DNA from: Chrysomallon squamiferum | Lineage: Eukaryota; Animalia; Mollusca | Direction of reading: 5' to 3' | Assembly (NCBI GenBank): GCA_012295275.1 | Contig: CM022678.1 | Span: forward strand, 10,168,001 to 10,232,000 | DNA length: 64,000 nucleotides | In this document: positions 1 through 14,421 of the stretch, piece by piece | Layout of the letters: every line of letters begins with the position of its first letter | Position numbering within the stretch: the first letter of the stretch is position 1 | The notes under the pieces: model-generated | What the model saw: only the letters and a program-made list of their open reading frames with translations | What the model was told of the DNA's origin: nothing | Databases searched by the model: none | Translations under genes and position numbers: made by a program

Positions 1-123
1 GTCATGAAATTTTATAATTTTACAGAATAAGTTGCTTCAGATTTCAAAATATAATTATGTTTTTAAAATATTTTAAAATTTATTTTTACTTTATTGTATT
101 TTGTAATGACAAATTCTGCTTAC

Positions 124-255
124 TAACTCATGATGTCTGGTCATTTTCTAGTTCCTTCCCAGCCAGACAGGAACAAGTGAATCCACTGATTCTGTTAGTA
201 CAAGTATCAGTATACTTAGTAATGCTGGAATCAACTGGTGTACACTCATTTATAT
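124..255 (-). pseudogene. Orphan calcium-binding EGF-like exon (disrupted)
   Basis: AG...GTAAG-bounded 132-nt phase 1-1 exon reading (D)INECTPVDSSITKYTDTCTNRISGFTCSCLAGKELENDQTS*; cbEGF pattern DxNEC...CxN...F-C-C; second Cys appears as Tyr (TAT) and last Cys as TGA. Confidence 0.75.
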
Positions 256-260
256 CTAAA

Positions 261-319
<59 letters not shown>

Positions 320-576
320 TAATAATAATAGTAATATAATTATTATTATTGTTATTAAGAAAGAGGGATGTCTATGATTTAATAAGGGTACAGACTAAAA
401 CTGATATCAAATATTTCTGTCTCCAACAATCTGCTGACCGCGTGACTGACACAGATAAAATACTTCTTAAAATAAATCTTCTGTAATCTTTGTTGTATTC
501 AAGGTAATACAGTGTATAGAGGAAAAACTTGGTTTCATTGCTCAATGCAATTTAAAATATATAAAATAAAATTCAA

Positions 577-625
<49 letters not shown>

Positions 626-1593
626 TAATAATAAGAAAGTAAAAAGCTTATTTCAATATTTTTGAAACCAAAGACTTTTTCATCTGAGACAAGACAGGCA
701 GCCCTTGAACCTTCTGCTTTGATAGGTACACTACAGTTCAAAGAAAAACACTACTAACCTTTCTCATACTTTTTTCAAGTAGTAACCATAGTGACATAAA
801 CTGCCTTCAGCTTTATGAGAAATCTGTTCCCATGTCAAACCCTGACTTCTACATTCTCAGTCTGAAACAAAAGTAATTTATTATTTTTAAAATGTTTTTG
901 ACTTGTTTCTTTTTTCTTCATTTTTTTAATCAGTTTTTTTGTTTACCTCAATTTAATATTAATATAAACAACATTTAAAACAGCATAAGTTCAAAAATGA
1001 TAATGACTTTTTTTTATCATTTAAAACATTAAATAAACAAACAATAATTATAGAATTAATTAATGATAGATATAAATCACTGTCTTTTCACTGTTAACTC
1101 ATTGTTCACTTAAATATACCTAATTAATAATAACAAAATTAAAATAATATTAATATTAAAACATTCTCAGGTGTCATTAAGTAATTTATAAAATCTTGTA
1201 GTAAACTGAATTATTTGTCCATTATACCCAGCATCTGTTTACAAACATGTTGAGTACATCTCAGTGTCTGAGTCTGTACAAGTTTCTCTTAACTGCCAGG
1301 ACTGGAGAAGTCATGTTCTTCACTGAACGCTTCACTACACACATAGTCAAGTGGTCAACCTTGGTCTTTTTTCTGGTCAGCAGAAGGCTGGTTTATCCTG
1401 TAGAGAGATAAATTACATTTATCATTGACAAGCCTAATAAATAAATGGTAAAAAAAAAAAAAATAAAAAAAAGTTATAAAAGTTATCACATATCATTTCG
1501 AAACAAAAAAAAAAATAAACAAAAAAATATTTAAAAGTTACCGAAAATATTAAAATTATAAATTATTAAGTCAGAGTTTTTGAGAATTAATTG

Positions 1594-1770
1594 CGACCAA
1601 AGTTCCGTTTCTGTGACTGGGATGGTAAAAAGGTTATGGAGAAGTCGCCTTTTTTTCTATAAGATATAACACAAGTGTCAGTATTAATCTCAAATATTTA
1701 TTTCATACGAAAGGTTTGCTCGTAGTTCGATAAAGTGGAATTATCGGCTTACCTTAATTTGCGAACATCG
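1594..1770. repeat. Dispersed anchor repeat, copy 1
   Basis: GACCAAAGTTCCGTTT...TTTTCTATAAGATATAACACAAG...AAGGTTTG...TTCGATAAA...TATCGGCTTACCTTAATTTG; its 5' part matches 25745-25920 and its 3' part matches 51550-51677. Confidence 0.8.
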
Positions 1771-2779
1771 GTTTATAAACACTAACTTTCTCGACCAGAT
1801 AGCATGGCGTCAAACTGTAGTCTTGATAAACAAAACCACGAGTCTCGCTGACCCAGGATCGTAAAAGTGATCGGGACCGTTCGGATCATCTCGGTCGAAT
1901 ACACGGACACATTCGAGTCCTCTGTATATAAATAACAGAATCCGTTCTTCTCAGAAAAAGGCCTGGTAGCAAAAAATATTAATAATAATTGAAAAAATAA
2001 ATAAATAAAATAAAATACAATCATATATCTGTTTCATTTAAACTTTAATTTTTAACTCTGAGGAAGTGTTTTTATTTTGAGGTGGTGGTTTCGGGGGCTG
2101 GAGGGTTACTTGTTTTATAAGAATAGTTATGACTGCTTTTTATCCCGTTTTTATTTTATTTTTTTATGTTGCATTTTTGTTTTTTAATTTAACTTTATTT
2201 TATTTTATTTTATTAATTTATTTTATTATTTATTTATTTATTTATTTATTTATAACATTTCTTTTTTGTTTTCTAAAAATTATTATCGCAATTATTTATT
2301 TATTAATATTAATAATATTTATAATTATTATGGTTATTTTTCTTAATTTCATTTTTAGCTCAGAAATGAATTCATTATAATTGTCCTAATTTGTAAAATC
2401 TGAGTTAATTGTAAATATATACTTGAGATAATCTGACAGAGAATTACTTCTTCAAATGCCACAAGTTATATAGACAATAGACAGGAAATCACATGTTGGT
2501 CTGAAACCAGAATAAATTTCTACAAATTTTATAATAATTTTTGTGAGAATAAACAAATTAATTACTTCTTAAATACTAAATAAAATTAGGTTAAGGCAAG
2601 ACCAGTCTTGATAAACCATGATGTTTCGAACATAAACGAATGCGAATGTATGCTACGCTTTTCAAACCAGTATGAACTGATGTTTGACAGCCAGTTTATT
2701 TTTATTTTTAATTCGGTAACGTTTTACTTGTTGATTATTAAATTTAATAGAATTTTGGAAATATTTCACGCGAATCCAA

Positions 2780-2897
2780 ATGGAGTCGGATGTTTTAAGT
2801 TTGTGTGAATCCAAGCGTGTATGCGTGTATGTGTGTGTAGTGTATGTGTGAAAGAAGCAGAAAGAGAGGTGTTCACCGTATAAACTATAATCGTATT

Positions 2898-2940
<43 letters not shown>

Positions 2941-4205
2941 TGTGTGTGTGTGTGTGTTGGCAATTTTATATGTAGATAAATGTATTATAACAAACGATAA
3001 TAAGGAGAGAAAAATGCATTTATCAGACAAATGTAGATTGATAACAAAAAATAATAAACATTATATTTACTATTGGCATTGCTATTTTTCGTAGGTCACT
3101 GTATTATTATTCAGTCTGTCAAGAAAGGAAATTTACATCATGGAGAAGGATGAATCACCAGTTACAGAAACTATTCTTATGCAAAGTGCACATTCTGAGT
3201 TGTGATTTTTTAATTTTATTTTATGTTTGTGTCTTAGAGAGTAAAATAAGTTTTGTAGAAAATTCTTTATTGATTATAAAATAGTGGTAATAAAAATCAC
3301 TTATTTGCTATTGTTTTGTAATCTGCTTAATATCATAATTATGTTACATTATTTATTAATAACAAAATGTATTGAAGATATCCTACAGCCCACTTTGTCT
3401 GAATAATAAAGTTAAATTTAAAATTTGATAATAACAGAAGTATTAGTTATTTATTTATAACTGCTTAGTTATTATTTTTATTATTATTTTATTTCTTTTT
3501 TCTTTCAGAATGCAAATATAGCTCTAATTGATGTGCTGATGTTGGCATATGCCAGTGAAGTTGTTTCAGAAGAATGTGCTCTCCTGGCCATCAAGTTTGC
3601 TGAGGTTTTTTTGTTTATTTATTTATTTATATTTTTTACCTTGTTAAATATTAAAATTTGAATTTTTTTTTTTTTTATTAAACTGATTTAGTTTGACTCT
3701 GTTAAAGTTGATTTACTTTCCTTCAGTTTATATTTGGGAAATTATATGGTAAATTAGATTTCAGTTAAAGCTGGGGTATAGTTAAAGTATTCATTTTTCT
3801 ACTTTGATTATTAAATGATAGCTGAAAAGAAGGAGAAGGATTATGATGATTGCAGTTAAACATGCAAATGTACTAATGTATGAGAAAAGGACAGAGGATT
3901 AAGGAATGGAGAGACAGGGAGAGAGAGAGAGACGGAGAATGACATGTGCAGTGCATGTTTTGTATAATTTATCATATAGCCTAAAGAGACCTCATACTTT
4001 AAATTCAACATTTTGAACAAGCAATTTTGAAACTTTCAGACAAATTATAACTTTTAACGGATCCAGTGAACTTCCATCAGTCACTGAGGACACAATTATA
4101 GTATGCTTAAATAAATTTTGTACTACTCCCACTGAAAAATAAAAAAATGCACATACACACAAATTATATTAGTATCTTGTAAACACTTTTTACCATGTAT
4201 ATTTG

Positions 4206-4251
<46 letters not shown>

Positions 4252-5066
4252 TTACATTCACATAAATGTGATTACTGATTTGCAAACATGTATTTCTGTG
4301 TTTTAAAACAAAAGAAGAAGCATCATATTTTCTGAACATTTTAAACTATTTAATGGTCCTGTTACCAGACTGGAACTTCCAGCCCTTCAGACAGTGTGAC
4401 TGATCCTGAGATGGCAGACATACTAAACAACATAGGATATGGATGTACTGCAGCTGTTGTCTGAAGTCTCTCAGTTTTTGTGGTTTGTTAAATAACACAA
4501 TTTTTTTTAAATCAAATAATGAATCACATGGCAACTTTAAAATTTAGCATAAACTGAGAAAGTAAATTTATTAATCTTAACATCTAGTTAAGAGACAAGT
4601 AGAGTTTTGGGGGGATTTTTTAATTTTATATTTCACAATCAACAAAATTCATATTTTATTATTAGGCCTGGTTTTTTTTTTTTTTTTTTTAAATATAATT
4701 TGTACAGAAAATAATTCATGATTCTCTCTGTCTATCTGTCTGTCAGCTGTTACATACTTATCATCCTCCTTAACATCTTTTACTCTATTATTAAATATTG
4801 TCTCATCATTATTTATTTTTTCTTCAGATATATGTTTGAAAGACGGGTTAGGAATAGCTAATTCATTATATAATCTACGCCTCACCAAAACATTCTGAGA
4901 ACGGCATCTCCCATCAACTTTTTCCATTTCACCTACGAGGATCTCCTGTACACACGAGACAGTATACGAGAAAACCTCTTAGCCTTTCTCACAGAGCTGT
5001 TCTTCTGGTTTGAAATGATAAAACTGACAGAGACAGGACAGCTGCTGAATGGTCAGGAAGCAGAAA
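2780..5066 (+). pseudogene. CAMSAP: CAMSAP/Patronin N-terminal CH-region pseudogene fragment; exons ~2780-2818 (inferred exon 1), 3095-3201, 3509-3604, ~4370-4475, 4828-5066
   Basis: Exons translate to GHCIIIQS/SRKEIYIMEKDESPVTETIL, NANIALIDVLMLAYASEVVSEE, PEMADILNNIGYGCTAAVV and DICLKDGLGIANSLYNLRLTKTF*ERHLP/FHFTYEDLLYTRDSIRENLLAFLTELFFWFE. These match recalled CAMSAP motifs (GHQSVIQALSRKGIY, AHMAMVDALMMAY, DICLKE..SLADSLYN...FTLEDMLY...FMAELFWWFE); frameshifts and a stop are present. Confidence 0.88.
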
Positions 5067-5089
5067 GTAAGTTTTGTGAGAGTTTTTAA

Positions 5090-6838
5090 TTACATTGCAA
5101 GTCCACAATTGTATTATATCTTTTATTATGTGCATTTCTCAAATTTATTATTGTACTGGAAAAATTGGGATTTTGTCATATTCAGTTTTAGTGTTTATAC
5201 TGGAGGGGTGTAGCATTACTGATATCAAAAGATTGAACTTATAAGTTTACCTTTAATAGTTGCGACACTGAAGGCAGGATTTTAAAAATTAATACTAAAA
5301 TAGATGATGATGATGATAGTTTTACAAGTGTATATGCACCAAATAATATTACAGAAAATATTTTATTTTTAAATGATTATGTAAATTTGTGGATTTTTAA
5401 AATACATCAATGACAGGAGATTTTAATGTAATTATAGATCCTAATTTAGATTTAGTCATTAATAATAAAACTTTCAGTAAGAAAAATGGTAATAAATTAC
5501 GGATATTTATAATTATAATTTAGTTGATATTTGGCGACACAGAAATCCAGATAAAAGACATTTTACTAGTTCTCAAATTGTTGAAAAAACAATAAATCAG
5601 TCAAGAATTGATTTTTTTTTTAATTTCTAGAAATTTATTACAGTTTATAAGTAATGTATACATATCCTATACCTCAGTTAGTGATCACAGTTTATTATCA
5701 CTTGAAATAGATTTTTCTCATGTAGAGAGAGGTCAAGGTATTTGAATTTTTAATAATGAATTGTTGAAAGATGAACTTTTTTGTAAAGCTCTTGTTGAAG
5801 AAATTAATAATGCTTCTGAGTGTCCTTTGTTACAGACTGAACCTGTTGTTTGATCAAATAACTTAAAATATAAAACATTTTGCACTAAATAAGAGAAAAT
5901 TAGTCGATGAGAAATACTATAATATACAAAATGCTTTAAAATGAGAATATGCTAAACTAGTTGTAAATAAGCATCATGATTTGACTAACATTCAAAGAAG
6001 AAAAGTTAAAATTAATTTAGAGATTAAGTGTAATGGTGCTATTTTAAGATCTAAAGGTCAATGGAATTTAGATATGGATAGGAATATGTAATATTTTTCT
6101 TAGTTTAGAAAAATCAAAACAGGAATCAAATTCTATTAAAGAACTAAAAACAGTAAATGGATTAACTAGAAAAATGGAAGATATATTAGAATATGTTTAT
6201 AAATTTTATTCAAAATTATTTACACAAGAAAATGTAGATACTGTTAAACAGGAATAAATGATATATTTAATATAAAATTAAATAATTAAATAAAAGAATC
6301 TGAAAGTGAAAAGTATGAGATTGACATTACAGTTAAAGAATTAACAGAAGCTTTAAAAGAAATGAATAGAAATAAATCACCTGATTATGGATGGTCTAAC
6401 AGTTGAATTTTATGTTAAATACTGGAAAATTAAAAGAAAAAATTCATAAAGTAGTTATTTCAATTCAAAAAGAGGAAATCTTGTCGCATAGTATGAAAAA
6501 AGGGGTAACTAATCTTTTTTACAGGAAAAAACTGGAGATAAAGCAAACCTTAAAAATTACAGACCTATCAGTCTTTTAAATGTAGATTATAAAATTATTT
6601 CTAAAGTTCTTGCTAGTCATGTTAAACAGGTTATGTCAACTATTATTTCATCAGAACAAAGCTGTTGTGTAAAAGGAAGAGATGTTGCTGATAATATTAT
6701 GTAGTAAGGGATGTTACAGATATTGCTGAGTTAAATAATACTGAAAGGTTTGTTTATGAAATGGATCAAGAAAAAGCTTTTGATAGAGTGTCACATAGTT
6801 TTATAATAAAAGTTGTGATAAAAATTGAATTTTGGTGA
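5090..6838 (+). mobile_element. Decayed L1/Tx1-clade LINE ORF2, 5' half (APE endonuclease and start of RT)
   Basis: Motifs CDTEGRI, SVYAPN, GDFN, DIWR.RNP, SRIDFF, SDHS, NKSP.DGLTVEFY, NYRPISLLNVDYKIISK, DQEKAFDRVSH; many frameshifts. Confidence 0.9.
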
Positions 6839-6889
6839 TACACTGGTTATGACAACTTGTGTAAATGATCTTAAAATTGTGTCTACTTA

Positions 6890-7412
6890 GCAGGGCAAGC
6901 TGAAATGTACCAGTGAGGATCTGTCGATGTCCCGGTTCTCATTAATTGTGTTTTACCTGGGTAGCCTGCCATTTTCTCTCACTTTACTTAATATATGATA
7001 AAAACAATGCCATTTTACGCAATTAATTCCATATCAGTAATTTTATTATTTTTATTTAGAAACTCTCTTACTTACAGACACTGCCTGTGTGATTATCAGC
7101 TTGAAAGAGTCTGACAGTTTATCTCATGTTGAGAATGTCAGCAGTAATACTAACAGAAACCACAGAAACAGATTCCAGTCAGAATATTTTTGTCAGCAGT
7201 TCCTACAGTTCCTACATGTTTTGAGAAGAAAGCATGCAACATCAGTAGTGGAAAAAAAGGTAAGTTCTTTTTGAGTAATATTATTTATTGTTGTTAGAGA
7301 ATTACATTTTACAGGAAATAAGAAACTTCAGCACTTAAGATGAATTTAACTGGATAAACAAGACACATAAAAACATTCATAATGAAGATGTGATAATGAA
7401 GCTGTAGGGTAT

Positions 7413-7447
<35 letters not shown>

Positions 7448-8373
7448 TTTCATGTGATGCTTTGCAGTTTTTGCCAGGGATCAGCAATGGTCAGAGTTTT
7501 TGTAGTGATTTCCACCAGAACAGCTAAATGGGTTATATCACTGTACATTTCATTGTTGTGTATGACATTTCTGACACTGTCCACACTTAGGTAGCTGCAT
7601 CAAAAACCAGATTATTCTTGTTCTTTGGCTTGGAGGTCACGTCAAGATGTTTCATCTTTGTCACACAGTGTTGCAGTGTGGACTTTGAAATACTCAGAGT
7701 CTTTGCTGAATCTAGCAACATCTTCAGACATTTGTCCAGTGTGACTGTGTAAAACTATATGAAAACAGATTTTTATTCAGCAGCTCCTTTGTCTTGAACT
7801 TGTACATTTAGTGCTGTTCATACTTCTGTACTGATTGATTAGTTTCTGCTATGTTTATAGATCAGAAAGTACATGAACTGGATCTTTATTTCCAGTTTTG
7901 TATTTCAATTTATTGCTGTATGTATATATAAATATTTATATTAGTAAATGCATTTTGCACGTGCTAATGTGTATGTGATAATCAAAACTGACTTCAAACT
8001 AAAACTGAAGAGTAAATTCTAGATATATTAATTACATCACAAAATTGCAAATGAAAAAAAAACAACTCTGGAAATCTTTGTAATTGTATAAATACTTTAA
8101 TCCATTTTCCCACTGGAATCTAGGACAGCATTTTCCAAATTAAACATTGTTTTAAAAATATTTTCATGTTATTATTGAATTTTCTTTTTTTATTATTCTT
8201 AATATGTTAATTCTGTTTTTCAGCTGCAGTAACACAAAAGTCAGGCAGCTGAAATTCTTGATTCTCTGGACTGCCTCTGAAATCCTGGTGATCTTCTCAA
8301 AGAGGTCATTAAAAATGGAAATGTGAGTGGTTTAGGAAAATGTTGTCTTGGTGTTTCTAATTCTGCAGTACAG
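6890..8373 (+). pseudogene. N-terminal exons of an LRRC41-like gene (exons ~6890-6960, 7078-7259, 8224-8373)
   Basis: GT-AG-bounded exons with TLPV..L..LTVY, FCQQFLQFLHVLRRK and VRQLKFLIL/DLLKEVIKNGNVS, resembling recalled LRRC41 segments LPGPIL..LNIY, WRAKFMEAFFSHVLRG and LHTLKF..LLHQLIHHGAVS; disrupted. Confidence 0.45.
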
Positions 8374-8464
8374 GTAGCTGTGATCCCTTCCTCATTACCT
8401 CTCAGTAGTTATGTTGTTGGGTTTGTTTTTGTTGTTGTTGTTGTTGTTGTTGGTTTTTATTCAC

Positions 8465-9860
8465 TGTAGTCTTTTTTCTTTTGGATGACGTGAAACTAAA
8501 GTCGAAATCGAGACTTGTTTCTGACTCGCATGTGGTTTGCGTCTGCTAAAAAAAACATTTTTTATTTTTAATCTGACTTTACTATTGAACGAGAACAGAT
8601 AATATTGAATTCGCTGACAAGAAATGTTCACTTACTAATAATGATTATGACATCAAGGCAGACAAACGAAATAATGATACGGAACTTTCTGGTATGGAAC
8701 TAGGCAAGTCTTAGATTGTAATGTTTATATCAGTTTTCATTTTCTTAAACAATAACTGAATAAGAATTTAACAATATATATATTGTTTTGTTATTTATTT
8801 ATTTATTATTATTAACACTGAACAGTGTGCATTTTTCATTATCAGTAATAGAAAATATATAAATATTGATTTTGTTTCATAAAAAAACAATGAAAACTTA
8901 TTTTTAAAAAACATGTAGTGCTATAAGAAGCATGAAGAAGATGTATTTTCCTCAGAAACACATGAAAAATATCAAATAAACCCACTTTTAATAATCAACA
9001 GTGAAACAGTAAATTAAGTAAAATATTCATTTTTCACTGTGACATACACTGAATTTTACTTATTATTATTATTATTTGTTTTTTATATTGATCTTGCTTC
9101 TTTTTCAAAGTTTTTGGAAGCAGCACATTAAATTTCAGTTTTTACTTTATAAAGAGCTCAGTGCATAATGAGAGATGGGTTCTTTTTTGTTTTTTATTAA
9201 AAAGGAAGAAGTGAGAAGACCTGAAATTAAGGAGATGTTTTATTATCTACACACAGACTGATACTGAAAAGAAGAGGTGTAAAGGTTATACCAACTTTTA
9301 TAGTAAACAAGAAGCCCAGTACACATGAAGAAATATGGATGGGTTTCCAGGTAAGTGCCCTTTTTAAATAAATGTATTAGGGTGAAGGTATAAATGAATA
9401 CCACATAATTAAATGTGAGAGGTAGTTTAAAAAGAAGCTCATTGTATATTGAAAATTATAGGTTTATAACTTTCATAATAAATTTAAAAAGTATCCAGTA
9501 ACAGATGCACATATGGATAGAAAGACAGATGATGGATGTATACACTGATTATACAGACTGCATGAAAAACAGAGTCAGAAGGTTGATCAGTAGTCATAGT
9601 TAGGCAGGTGGTAAGCAAATGGAAGAATAAAATACACACAGACACACAGACAGACAGAAGACAGACCCTAGATAAACTGATAGAAAGGAAGATACACAGA
9701 CAGAAATAAAAGGTACAGTGATAATAACAACTAATTTTGACAGTGAGAGAGAAACTAAATACAGTTTTATAGACAGAGTGTGTTTGTAGATGGACAGACA
9801 GAAATACAGTTGTAATTAGGTGTTAGACACAGATAGATGTGCAGGTAGGCAGGGAGTTAA
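8465..9860 (+). pseudogene. Inverted paralog of the promoter and first two exons of unidentified gene Y (38480-39990)
   Basis: Colinear with the reverse complement of ~38540-39990, e.g. GAAGAAGTGAGAAGACCTGAAATTAAGGAGATGT...GGATGGGTTTCCAGGTAAGTGCCC in both. Confidence 0.85.
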
Positions 9861-9879
9861 TAACACAGAACATATTTTC

Positions 9880-11160
9880 CCTTTTGATACAGATGAAATA
9901 TTGTCTCAACCACTTTTACAGAACCCATTTATTAAATATATAAATAAATGATTACTGTTTAGTTCTTGTATTCAAAGTGGCTGATATTGCATATGAAGTA
10001 ATATCAGGTTTCCTTCCTTTTACATCTATTGTTGAAATTTTTCATGAAAAATATGAATTACCCAAAACACAACTTTATATTGCTTACAGTGTTATTCTGA
10101 AATCACTTCCAGATGAATGGAAAAGTTGTATTGACAAAAATGCTAAAAGACTAACACCTAATAAAGATTTATTTCTCTTTCATAATAATCACATGATAAA
10201 TGTCAGTACATTTACAGTTAAAAATATTTTATTCTATTTTACTTTCAAAAAAATGTTAAAGCACCTACATGTGAAGAAAAATGGACTGAGCTTGGTTTTA
10301 ATAAATTCTGGAGACCAGTTTGGAAATGGATACACTACAGTGTTAAATTTACTGAATTTACTGACTTAGATTTGAGAACAGCTCAACATGTAATATATAC
10401 ATATAGTAAATTATGTAGACATGGAAAAATCTCATCTAGTGTATGTCCAGTGTATCTGAAGGATAATGAAGATGTGTGCCATTTATTTTTGTATTGTGAA
10501 GAATTGTCGGAACTAATATCTATCTTTCATGAAATATGTATTCAAATATTTAAGAAAACAGGGTTTTCATTAGGTCAGTTAAAAAGACTGTTAATATTTG
10601 GATGTTATCTAACTGTTGAAAATTGTTCAATTTATAAGTATTATTCTATCAATTTACAGAATATCAGTATTCATGAGGTGTGGGATAGATGAATTGAAAG
10701 GAACAAACATTAATATAATATTTTGTTTATTAGACAATATGTGTATCTGCTTTGTAATCATTTTTAATCAGCACTGTATTCAAAACAAAGTTTCAGTTTT
10801 CATTAACAAATATATTAAGAATAATGTTAATCTAGAATTAAAAGATGACATACTTATTTTCAAATATCCTTTAGCAAACTGTAAGTAATCAATATTACTA
10901 TGTCATAAAAATGGATAAAAGTTTTTTTTCATTATAAAATACAATTAATACATGTGAAAGTTTTTGTGTAGACAAGTCAGTGTATCTGAGTGTATATATG
11001 TGTGTGAATGCCTATTTTTTACTGTTGATTTGTATTGATTTAATGTTATAATTAGTTATGTTAAAAGATACTGATTTTTCAACAAACATTCATTTGTATC
11101 AGTAAATGGCATTGATATATATATAACACTAAATAATGTTACTAATAAAAACAATAAAAA
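9880..11160 (+). mobile_element. Decayed L1/Tx1 LINE ORF2 3' end (Cys/His knuckle) and 3' UTR
   Basis: QPLLQNPFI, ILKSLPDEWK, CPV...EDVCHLFLYC (zf-RVT-type motif); A-rich end near 11145-11160. Confidence 0.75.
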
Positions 11161-11399
11161 ATTAAAGTACTTTGTTTTTACTTTTTCAGACACATACCAC
11201 AAAACAGACAAGTGTTGTTATCTAAACATCAGAATGGGACAAATATACAGACAGCAGAACAGACAGAGATGTTTCTCAACAAACTGGTATGAAACACAGA
11301 CATTAACTTACCTGTTTAAATATCAACTTACATTCTTCTCACTTATGTATTGGTAATATATTATCAATACAAAGAATAAGAAAAGCAGATTAGAGGAAG

Positions 11400-11518
11400 G
11401 AGAGTCCATAATAATAAGTAAAGTAATTGTAGTATACAAATAGCTTGATAACTTAGCAAGGAGAGTCCATAATAATAAGTAAAGTAATTGTAGTATACAA
11501 ATAGCTTGATAACTTAGT
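11400..11518. repeat. 61-bp tandem duplication
   Basis: GAGAGTCCATAATAATAAGTAAAGTAATTGTAGTATACAAATAGCTTGATAACTTAG twice. Confidence 0.9.
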
Positions 11519-11843
11519 ATTCTTCCATGTTTCCATATTTCCATTAGCATTGTTTTATTTATTTTTTAGCTTATATTTATACTAGAAGTAATCAAAACCA
11601 TTTCTTGTTTTGTTTTGAACTTGCAGAAAACAGACTACTTTTTTATTTTTTTTGGTATGAAAGGTTAAAAAGAGATTTTGCTCTCCCTCAGTTTTTAGTA
11701 TAATTTGATAATTCTAAGAAAAACTCAATATAATGCATTTAGTAATTTATAACTTAGTAATTTAAAAAAAAAGTCCTGTTAGAATAAAACATTAATTGTT
11801 AATATATGTATCTGTCAAAAATAGGGATATTTTATATCGAAAT

Positions 11844-11921
<78 letters not shown>

Positions 11922-14359
11922 CAGAGGTTACTGCTATTAGTGATTTTTTATAACCAGTATTATTCTTATAACTTGTTTGTTATTGTTAGTGTATTTAAAA
12001 GTTACCAATCATTTTGAAAAACATATTTTATGACAGTTGTATTTATCTTTGCAACCATGTTTTCTCTTGATTTCAAGGTCTGCCCTCTGTTAATATATAT
12101 ATATATGTTTCCTATTTTGTTATTTCCACAGAACTGACATGGGTTTTCTGTTTGTCTGTATTTCTTTCCTTGAAAATGTTCAGATAAATATGTTTGTCTC
12201 TATGAGAATCTGTCTATATACCTATGTCACTACTTACTAAATACTTTTCTATTTTTCCTTCTGTATGTCAGTCTCTGTCTTTACATCATTTCTTATTTGT
12301 CCCTAATTAGCAAGTTTCTTTGTTTTTTCTTTCTTTCTTTTCTTTATGTTCTTTATGTTTTTAAAGTATATTTTTGAAGTATAATAAATAAAGAAAATAT
12401 TTTAAATAATCTATCTTTAAGTTCTCTTTTGATAATTCTGAACATAAATAGCTTAAGAATCAGTTTTTTAAATAATTCTAAATTTATAGTTTTAATTTAT
12501 AAAAATGATCGATAAACAAGTTTTAGTAGACAGTTGATTATTTTTATTTTATTTATTTTTATTTATTTGTGAATCTTTCTATCTTCTGTCTGTGATCTAA
12601 TGTATGTATGTATGTGTCTATCATTTATTTATTTATTTATTTATTTATTTATTTTCTTATTTTCTTATTATTTTTGATTTATTTAAAATATAATCATACT
12701 GAATTACATAAGATTGGATATTTACATTCATTATTATTAATCTTTTCATTATTTTATTTAATATCACAACCTACTGAATAATTTAGTATTCTATATTTTC
12801 ATTAATTATTAACACCTTTATATTTGTTTATTTACTTATTTTTTAATTAGGTTTTAAATTTATCGGGAAACAGTTTTGGAATCCAGGCTTTCCGAGCTGT
12901 GTGTTTGGCAATGTGTTCTAACACAACAGTGATCTTCCTTAGCCTCACCACCAACAAAACAGACACTGAGAGTGCTGTGAGTAATCTTAATTATAACTGT
13001 TATAAAATGTTTTATAATAATAATAACAGTAATAATAATAATAATTATAATAATAATAATGATAATAATAGTAATAATGATAATAGTAACAATAATAATA
13101 ATAATAAAACCAGTTTAAAGAATTCCATATTTATTACATATTGCTTATACCAACAACAAGAAAATATTTTTATATTTATATATATCTAATTGTGAAAACA
13201 AAAATCTTATTTTCTCTTCTTGTTCTTCATCTTCTTTTTCACCATCTTCATCTTCCTCTTCTTCTTCTTCTTACTATTATTATTATTGTCATTGTTATAG
13301 TTATTGTTATCATTATTATTATTAGTAGTAGTAGTAGTATATGTAAGTGTCCAGGATTATCAGTTACTTACTAATATTGCTACTTCTGCTACTACAACTG
13401 TTACTATTATTATTCTACTACTTAAAAAATGTTACTAACAGTGACTTTCAAACACTAAATCTATAAACAGTAATTATATATCTATTTACCTCTCTGTCTG
13501 TTACTGCTATTTCTACTTTTGCTACTTACACTACAAATGTTAATTATTTTTGCTTCTATTATTACATCTACTATTACTACTACTGCTACTGCTACTATGG
13601 TATCTGCAGTTATTTACTACCTCTACTTACTGTTTGTATTTGTACTATACAATCTAAGCTAATTCTACCAGTTATCACTATCACTGTTACTGCTGCCATT
13701 ACCACGATTACTTCTACTAGTACTGTTATTACTAATACTACAAACTATTACCAGTATTACTACAACTAGTGGTTACTACTAATACTACAATATTACCATT
13801 ATTACTACTACTAGTACTGTTATTACTAACACAACAATTATTACCACTATTACTGCTACTAGTAGTATTACTACTAATACTACAACTACAAATTATTCTG
13901 CTATTACTACTACTACTGCTACAACTGCTGCTGCTACTACTACTGTTACTAATAATAAAACTGCTAGACTACAACCAACACTGCCACTGTTATACTAGTT
14001 CTATTGCTGTTATTACCTCAACTACTATCACTGCTGTTGATACTATTACCACTGTTAAAACATTGTGATGTCATCTACTAACTGCATTTTAATAATAACA
14101 AATAAATAAGTGTTAATAATTTGTGTTAAAAGTTTTTACTGCTAATACACACAACTTGAGTGTTTTGGTTCATAGTCAAAATGTTGTCGGTAAACTGGAA
14201 TATTTGGATGTGTCGACTAATTCTGTAGGAAATGATTATTTCTCTCACTGTGTCAGTCCAGCTCTTAAAGAAAACAAAACACTGAAAAGTCTCAGCTTTC
14301 TTCTTATTTTTTCTTTAACTTTTCTTTATCTGCCAATATTTCACTTTTCATTCTCTTTC

Positions 14360-14421
<62 letters not shown>

